From: an uncultured bacterium
Lineage (GTDB): Bacteria > Bdellovibrionota_C > UBA2361 > CALJRW01
Direction of reading: 5' to 3'
DNA length: 64,000 nt
Assembly (NCBI GenBank): GCA_937976335.1
Contig: CALJRW010000035.1
Location: 308-64,307, forward strand
Each line of letters begins with the position of its first letter. Position 1 is the stretch's first letter. The notes under the pieces were generated by a model. The model was not told the origin of the DNA and did no database searches. It worked only from the letters and a program-made list of their open reading frames with translations. Both the position numbers and the translations under genes were made by a program. Of this stretch, positions 58,087 to 64,000 are shown piece by piece.

Positions 58087-59310
58087 CTAACAATCAACAT
58101 ACTCACCATCAACAAAACAATACCTCATACATCTATTCAATCCATAGCTTGATTCAAATTTCCAAACTATTTCTTTTTTCTGATTAACTTCAAAACATTT
58201 CCCTGCTATATCTTCAGAGATTAATGTATTTCCATTTCTTAACCTCTGAATAGCACCACGAGAAGAACTAAAAAAACTTTTCCCATTTTCGTATACCCAA
58301 ACTAAGTTTTTCTTAACTGGATTAATTTCTAAAACTAAAGATTCTTCAGAATGTTTTTTTCGACCATTATCAAAAATAAGCATGTTACCAGCTCCAGGAT
58401 AACCTTTTGGAATAATTTGAGCATCGTGACCACCACTTATACCACCTTTATAATCACCCGAATATTCCCAAACAATTTTCTTAGAATCTTTGTCAACTAT
58501 AAAAACAGTCCACCAATTTCTAGGTAAAATAATAATATTTCCAGGCTTAAATTCTTTATAACCTTGGTCAAACCATTTATTTTCAGGGATAACTGAAATA
58601 GTATTAACATGGGTCCAATCTCGCATTTGTTTTAACGCTTCTTTGTTACCCTTAAAGTCTCTACACGGCTTAGCTCCACAAGAATTTATATCTAGCGATT
58701 CATGCGCTCTCCAACTCCAAACTACTTCTCCAGAAGGCGTAATTTCTAAAACTTCATCAGAACGTAAAGGCTGAACTCTCCTTTGAACATCGATTATTTT
58801 CTCTTTATATTTTGCAGGAACTAAATCTCTTTTTAGTAACAATGTGTTTCCATTCGAAAACCTTCTTAAGTCATGATGAAGAATATCATCTGCTTCATAT
58901 TTCCAAACTACTTTCTCCTTTTCATCGTATTCATATACCCAAGATCTAAGCTTACTCCACTTTTTCTTAGACATCATACTTTTAGTTCCATGAACTACTA
59001 GAAGATTTCCATTTTTTAGTAAACGAGCTCGAACTGCATCTACATCCCAAGTCTTTTTTACCTCTCCATTACTGTCAATTAAAATTACTTTTTCACTACC
59101 TTCTAAAGGAATAAGAGTATATGCGTTTGAATTTTTTTTATAATTTTCTGCAGTAAAAGTAACTTTACCTAGTTCTTTTTCAATTTTTTTGTGAGGCTTT
59201 TTGCTTTGATTAGAAAACCGTAAATTAGGCAAGTAAATAAAAGCTCCAAAAGCTATAATTACTATTGATAGAATCAATATAATAAACTTATGGAACTTTA
59301 AATTAATCAT
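58087..59310 (-). CDS. Aryl-sulfate sulfotransferase (ASST)-like beta-propeller protein
   Basis: HHD, DWTHVN, GHDA, IFDNG and QRLRNGNTLI; N-terminal anchor. Confidence 0.75.
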   Translation of the reverse strand: MINLKFHKFIILILSIVIIAFGAFIYLPNLRFSNQSKKPHKKIEKELGKVTFTAENYKKNSNAYTLIPLEGSEKVILIDSNGEVKKTWDVDAVRARLLKNGNLLVVHGTKSMMSKKKWSKLRSWVYEYDEKEKVVWKYEADDILHHDLRRFSNGNTLLLKRDLVPAKYKEKIIDVQRRVQPLRSDEVLEITPSGEVVWSWRAHESLDINSCGAKPCRDFKGNKEALKQMRDWTHVNTISVIPENKWFDQGYKEFKPGNIIILPRNWWTVFIVDKDSKKIVWEYSGDYKGGISGGHDAQIIPKGYPGAGNMLIFDNGRKKHSEESLVLEINPVKKNLVWVYENGKSFFSSSRGAIQRLRNGNTLISEDIAGKCFEVNQKKEIVWKFESSYGLNRCMRYCFVDGEYVDC

Positions 59311-59364
59311 AACATTGGATAAAGTAAGCTATATATAGAAAGTCCAAAAAGGAATTTTCCTAAT

Positions 59365-59453
59365 AATTCTTTCTTAAAAAACATTCCCACGTCGCTAAAG
59401 ATTTGGGAGACATGCTGATTTCTTTATAACTTATTGATTTTGTGATAACTATA
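59365..59453. repeat. REP-like element, homolog of 50625-50748
   Basis: CCCACGTCGCTAAAGATTTGGGAGAC followed by TATAACTTATTGATTTTGTGATAACTATA. Confidence 0.65.
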
Positions 59454-59525
59454 CAAGGAGCTTGTCTGAAAAGTAAATACTCCAGATGCTCCTAAAACTC
59501 CGAGCTTTATGAAAAAAATACTACT

Positions 59526-60554
59526 ATGAAAGCAATATATTTTAATAAACATGGCAAAATCGATGTAGTTAAATATGGAGAAGTATCAGATCCAGAATTA
59601 AAAGAAGGGCATATCATAGTAAAAGTAAAAGCCTGCGCTCTAAACCATCTTGATATATGGGTGAGACGTGGTTGGCCATCCCTAAAACTGAAGATGCCAC
59701 ATATTACTGGAAGCGATATTGCTGGAACAGTTGAAAACAGTGACTGCTCTGAATTTAAATCTGGAGATAAGGTAATAGTTTTTCCAGGAGTTAATACGTA
59801 CGAAGATAAATGGACTAAAGCTGGGCTTGGAAGTGTTAGCCCAGGTTATAGAATCATTGGTGAGCATTTCAAAGGTGGAATGGCTGAGTATATTTCTGTA
59901 CCTAAGCAAAATTTAATTAAGGTTAATTCTAACAAATCATACAAAGAACTTGCAGCTCCAAATTTAGTTGGTCTTACCTCTTGGAGAATGCTCTTTACTC
60001 AAGGTAAACTCAAAAAGGATGAAACAATTTTAATTGTTGGTGCTGGAGGAGGCGTCAATTCGATAAGTATTCAAATTGCAAACGCACTAGGAGCCAGAGT
60101 CATTGCTCTAACTAGCTCAGAGAGCAAGTGTCAAAAAGCAAAAGAAATTGGCGCACATAATGTAATTAACTACAAACTCAAATCAAATTGGCACAAAGAG
60201 GTCTTAGCTATTACAGAAGGACAAGGGGCAGATATAGTAATAGATAATGTTGGAGCTAAAACTCTGCAGAAAAGCATAAAAGCTGTTTCTTTTGGAGGAA
60301 GGATAGTAACTGTTGGCAACACAAGTGGTGAAAAAATTGAAATTGATAATAGAATGATTTTTGGGAAACAAATTTCTATTATTGGCTCTACGATGGGTAG
60401 CAGAAAAGACTTTCAAGAATTTACCACATTCTATTCTTCTCATAAATTAAATCCCATAATTGACCAAACTTTCTCTTTAGAAAAAGGCATCGAGGCTATT
60501 AAATACTTAGAATCTGGCAAACAGTTTGGTAAAGTTATTATAACAAACGATTGA
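59526..60554 (+). CDS. MDR family (quinone oxidoreductase/ADH-like) oxidoreductase
   Basis: ALNHLD, GSDIAG, GAGGGV, IIGSTMG and QFGKVII. Confidence 0.85.
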   Translation: MKAIYFNKHGKIDVVKYGEVSDPELKEGHIIVKVKACALNHLDIWVRRGWPSLKLKMPHITGSDIAGTVENSDCSEFKSGDKVIVFPGVNTYEDKWTKAGLGSVSPGYRIIGEHFKGGMAEYISVPKQNLIKVNSNKSYKELAAPNLVGLTSWRMLFTQGKLKKDETILIVGAGGGVNSISIQIANALGARVIALTSSESKCQKAKEIGAHNVINYKLKSNWHKEVLAITEGQGADIVIDNVGAKTLQKSIKAVSFGGRIVTVGNTSGEKIEIDNRMIFGKQISIIGSTMGSRKDFQEFTTFYSSHKLNPIIDQTFSLEKGIEAIKYLESGKQFGKVIITND

Positions 60555-60609
60555 GAGAAAATTTACTAGAATGTTTTAGAATAGCGATAGCTAAGCTTAT
60601 GAAAAAGCT

Positions 60610-60933
60610 CTATTTAACAATAGTTACTGAAGTAATAGAAGCCTCTCTTTTATCTAATCCAATCTTCCAACTCCCTGACGCAATATTTTTAAAGACAACT
60701 TTCTTATTAATAGATTTTGAATTCAATCCTTTTGAAGATTCATCTAATTTTTTCAAACTAACATTAGAGTCTTGAGACAATTCTATATGAACATCAGCAA
60801 TGCTTTTAACTTCCTTGCTAGCTCGAGTTAAGCCTAAATTGTCAAAGATTGAAAGCTTCTCGCTATGAGCAGCACATACAAAAAAAGTACTTACTAAGAT
60901 AAGAAAAAATATTTTTGCTAGTTTTTCTTTCAT
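60610..60933 (-). CDS. Hypothetical exported protein
   Basis: Signal peptide; co-oriented downstream of purD. Confidence 0.5.
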   Translation of the reverse strand: MKEKLAKIFFLILVSTFFVCAAHSEKLSIFDNLGLTRASKEVKSIADVHIELSQDSNVSLKKLDESSKGLNSKSINKKVVFKNIASGSWKIGLDKREASITSVTIVK

Positions 60934-60984
60934 ATTTATTACTCGTATTAAAAACTAAAAACAGAGATACTTACTAAAGATAAA

Positions 60985-62238
60985 TTAAACCTTGGCTATA
61001 TCTCGCCTCAATTGCATACCATCAAACTGTATATGGCTAGCAGCCTTATAAGCAATCCTTCTAGCCTCATCAGTGCCCAGACCTAATCCTACCACACTTA
61101 AAACTCTACCACCATTTGTTTGAATACCTTGATTAGAACTAGATTCTTTAGTTCCAGCATGAAAAATAAAAGAATTAGAAGTTTCCCTAGCAAGCTCAAG
61201 ACCAGAAATATCATCTCCTTTACTAGAGCTTTCAGGATATCCTTTTGAAGCAAGTACTACACACACTGCTGACTCCTCAAGCCATTCAGGCTCCGGTACT
61301 TCTTTATCATCTAACAATGACAGGATAACTTCTAAAAAGTCCGTCTTAAGACATGGTAAAATGACTTGCGTCTCTGGGTCTCCAAGTCGTGCGTTAAACT
61401 CAATAACTTGCAAACCTTTTTTTTCGTCAATAAGAAGTCCTGCATATAAAAATCCTGAAAAATTAATCCCTTTTTCTTTCATCTTATTAAGAACCGGTCT
61501 AATGATAGTATTTAAAATTTCATCATCCTGTTCTTTAGTAATTCTCGGAGTTGGAGAAACACATCCCATACCACCAGTATTTAAACCTGTATCCCCTTCT
61601 CCAATTCTCTTATAATCATGAGCAGGCTGAAGAGGAAAGATTAATTTTCCATTCGTTGCTACTATATACGAAACTTCAGGCCCTTTTAAGAAGTCTTCTG
61701 CAATTACAGTTTTAGATTTAAAAGCAGTAAATAACTTTTCAGCTGCTTCTTTTGCTTCAACTTCTGAACTACAAACAAATACACCTTTGCCTGCAGCTAA
61801 TCCATCCGCTTTTAAAACTATAGGAGCACCATGTTGTTCTATATGAGTTAATAAACTTTGTTTATCTGAAAAAGTTTTAAACCCTGCAGTGGGCACTCCT
61901 GCTTCAATCATTATTTCTTTTGCAAATGATTTAGAAGCTTCAATCATCGCTGCTTCTTTACTCGGACCAAATACTTTCACATTTAATTTTTCTAACTCAT
62001 TAACTATACCTAAGGATAATGGCAATTCTGGACCGATAATAACTAAATCTATATTTTCTCGTTGAACGTAGTCTTTAATAGCCTTTACATCATCAACTTG
62101 AATATCAACATTTGTTCCAAGCTCTTTAGTTCCAGGATTTCCAGGAGCTATATATATTTTATCTGCTAAAGGAGACTTTGAGCATTTCCAAGCTATTGTA
62201 TGCTCTCTTCCACCAGAACCAATAATTAATATTTTCAT
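60985..62238 (-). CDS. purD: Phosphoribosylamine--glycine ligase
   Basis: GSGGREH, APGNPG, KADGLAAGKGV, NTGGMG, EFNARLGDPE and GGRVL. Confidence 0.96.
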   Translation of the reverse strand: MKILIIGSGGREHTIAWKCSKSPLADKIYIAPGNPGTKELGTNVDIQVDDVKAIKDYVQRENIDLVIIGPELPLSLGIVNELEKLNVKVFGPSKEAAMIEASKSFAKEIMIEAGVPTAGFKTFSDKQSLLTHIEQHGAPIVLKADGLAAGKGVFVCSSEVEAKEAAEKLFTAFKSKTVIAEDFLKGPEVSYIVATNGKLIFPLQPAHDYKRIGEGDTGLNTGGMGCVSPTPRITKEQDDEILNTIIRPVLNKMKEKGINFSGFLYAGLLIDEKKGLQVIEFNARLGDPETQVILPCLKTDFLEVILSLLDDKEVPEPEWLEESAVCVVLASKGYPESSSKGDDISGLELARETSNSFIFHAGTKESSSNQGIQTNGGRVLSVVGLGLGTDEARRIAYKAASHIQFDGMQLRRDIAKV

Positions 62239-62244
62239 CTTACC

Positions 62245-63831
62245 TTAATGCCTAAAATGTCTATCCTCTGCAAAGTACAGAGCTAAACCTATTTCTTTTG
62301 CCTTTGAAACCACATCAGGATCTTTTATTGAACCTTTAGGTACAATAACTGCAACAACCCCCTCTTCTTTCATTTTTTCAACACAATCAGAAAAAGGGAA
62401 GAAAGCATCAGAAGCAGCAACAGCGCCTTTTGTGTCATGCCCATGCCCTTTGGCTTTCATAAAGGCAACATCTAGTGAATCAATCCTACTCATTTGACCA
62501 GCACCTGCAGCAAGTAGTTTAGAATTTTTAACTAAAGTAATTGCATTTGATTTTACAGCTGAGCAAAGACTCCAAGCTATTTGTAAATCATTTAAACTAG
62601 CGTCCGAAACATTATGCGTTGTCATTAACTTAGCCTCTTCTACCGCGCTAACTCCTCTATCTAATTCTTGAACTAAATATCCAAATTCAACGCTTCTCAA
62701 TTCTGTAGAAAGTCGACTTACAATATCCAGTTCTAAAACTCGAAGATTTTTTTTCTTTGATAAAATTTGAAGTGCTTCTGGCTCATAACTTTCCGCTAAA
62801 ACAAGCTCACAAAAATCCTTTACTATCTCTCTAGCAGTTTCTGCATCAACAATTTTATTTAACGCTATAATACCCCCAAAATGACTTCGAGGATCTGAAG
62901 TTTTAGCAAGACGCAAGGCTTCTACCAAAGTATTTGCACTAGCAGCTCCACAAGGATTTAGATGCTTTACTATAATAGCTCCAGGCTTATCCTTAGGCAT
63001 TGCTCTCACAATTTTTAGCGCAGCGTCAAAATCTAAAAAATTATTATATGAAAGCTCTTTCCCTTGATGTTGAGTAAAATCTTTATATGCTCCAGTAATT
63101 GGTTTATAAAAAGAAGCTTTTTGGTGAGGATTTTCTCCGTATCTTAGATCTTGAGCTTTTTCTAAAACATAACCTTCTACATTTAATCCAGAAGTTTTTT
63201 GATCTTTAATTGCTAAATCAGCATCAAGTTCTAAGGAATCAAAATATTTAGCAATTTGCAAATTGTAATTTGCCAGAGCAGAAAAAACTTTTACAGAAAG
63301 AGATTTTCTAAAATTAAGAGATTCTTCGTCTGAACCTTCACTTAACTCTGAAGCTATAATTTTCTTTGCAACTTCATAATCATCAGGTGAAATTATAGTC
63401 AACACATCAGCAAAATTTTTAGCTGCCGCACGCAACATACAAGGACCACCGATATCAATTAACTCAGCCATCTCTTTAGGTGTTTTTTTTGCTTCTATAT
63501 TTTTTAAAAATGGATATAGGTTCGTTACTACTAAATCTATTAAGGGAAAATCAAGCTCTTTCAGCTCATTGAGGTCTTCTTCTAAATGTCTACGAGCCAA
63601 AATACCTGCATAAATTTTTGGATGTAAGGTCTTTACTCTTCCACCAAGAATCTCTTTTTGATTAGTAAATTCAGACATTTTAATAGACTCTATTCCCTTC
63701 TCAGCTAAAAACTTTGCTGTTCCAGATGTTGTTAAGAGCTTGTAGTCTTTACTAATTAAAAAGTTAGCAAAATCTTCTAAATTTGTTTTATCACTAACAC
63801 TAATGAGGGCATGTTTTGAGTTTATTTTCAT
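62245..63831 (-). CDS. purH: Bifunctional AICAR transformylase/IMP cyclohydrolase
   Basis: ALISVSDK, GRVKTLHP, IDIGGP, LRYGENPHQ, GKELSYNN, ASDAFFPF and RHFRH. Confidence 0.96.
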   Translation of the reverse strand: MKINSKHALISVSDKTNLEDFANFLISKDYKLLTTSGTAKFLAEKGIESIKMSEFTNQKEILGGRVKTLHPKIYAGILARRHLEEDLNELKELDFPLIDLVVTNLYPFLKNIEAKKTPKEMAELIDIGGPCMLRAAAKNFADVLTIISPDDYEVAKKIIASELSEGSDEESLNFRKSLSVKVFSALANYNLQIAKYFDSLELDADLAIKDQKTSGLNVEGYVLEKAQDLRYGENPHQKASFYKPITGAYKDFTQHQGKELSYNNFLDFDAALKIVRAMPKDKPGAIIVKHLNPCGAASANTLVEALRLAKTSDPRSHFGGIIALNKIVDAETAREIVKDFCELVLAESYEPEALQILSKKKNLRVLELDIVSRLSTELRSVEFGYLVQELDRGVSAVEEAKLMTTHNVSDASLNDLQIAWSLCSAVKSNAITLVKNSKLLAAGAGQMSRIDSLDVAFMKAKGHGHDTKGAVAASDAFFPFSDCVEKMKEEGVVAVIVPKGSIKDPDVVSKAKEIGLALYFAEDRHFRH

Positions 63832-64000
63832 TGGCTTAATAGTTAAAAATATAAAAGAATTTATTAATGCATAGGATTTTATGGGGATTTTGTCAAACTA
63901 TGAGTCTTTTTCAAGGCAACGATATAAGGAGATTTTACTTTTGCTAACTAGAGAACGAAAAGAAGTAATTCATCTGAAAAGTTTTACTAAATCTAATCTC

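Noticed and set aside
5804-61615. Many short antisense or out-of-frame ORFs inside long genes (for example 5804, 10137, 17955, 24926, 33960, 40162, 56243, 61361)
   Set aside because: They are shadows of well-supported genes and carry no motifs.
63832-64000. ZTP or purine riboswitch upstream of purH
   Set aside because: No recognisable conserved motif or stems; the window ends here.

Overview
An AT-rich (roughly 30% GC by eye), gene-dense bacterial chromosome segment. The lineage cannot be fixed from sequence alone, although an A2-type SCO-caa3 operon, many GT-C membrane proteins and TrmB/LivK pairs would fit a Bdellovibrionota-like or other uncultured Gram-negative organism. Most genes are housekeeping: mpl, a double-length uvrA, cytochrome c oxidase, a class A PBP, nrdAB, pdxH, sulP, glnII, fabH, trxA, purD and purH. 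I found no tRNA, rRNA, CRISPR array, transposase or integrase. The features most worth follow-up are: (1) an eroded integron-cassette array at about 30.2-33.2 kb, with one canonical 59-bp attC and no integrase; (2) a tandem FabH pair whose first copy has lost the catalytic triad, as in PqsBC; (3) nested composite MITE/REP-like elements, one of which abuts a decayed carbonic-anhydrase tail in frame with SulP; (4) an intact MenA1-like antitoxin with a truncated MenT1-like toxin; (5) a Chlamydia-type class Ic RNR with NrdR boxes and a heptamer-repeat leader; (6) two paralogous TrmB regulators with related palindromes directly at their start codons. All family assignments come from motif recognition, not database searches.
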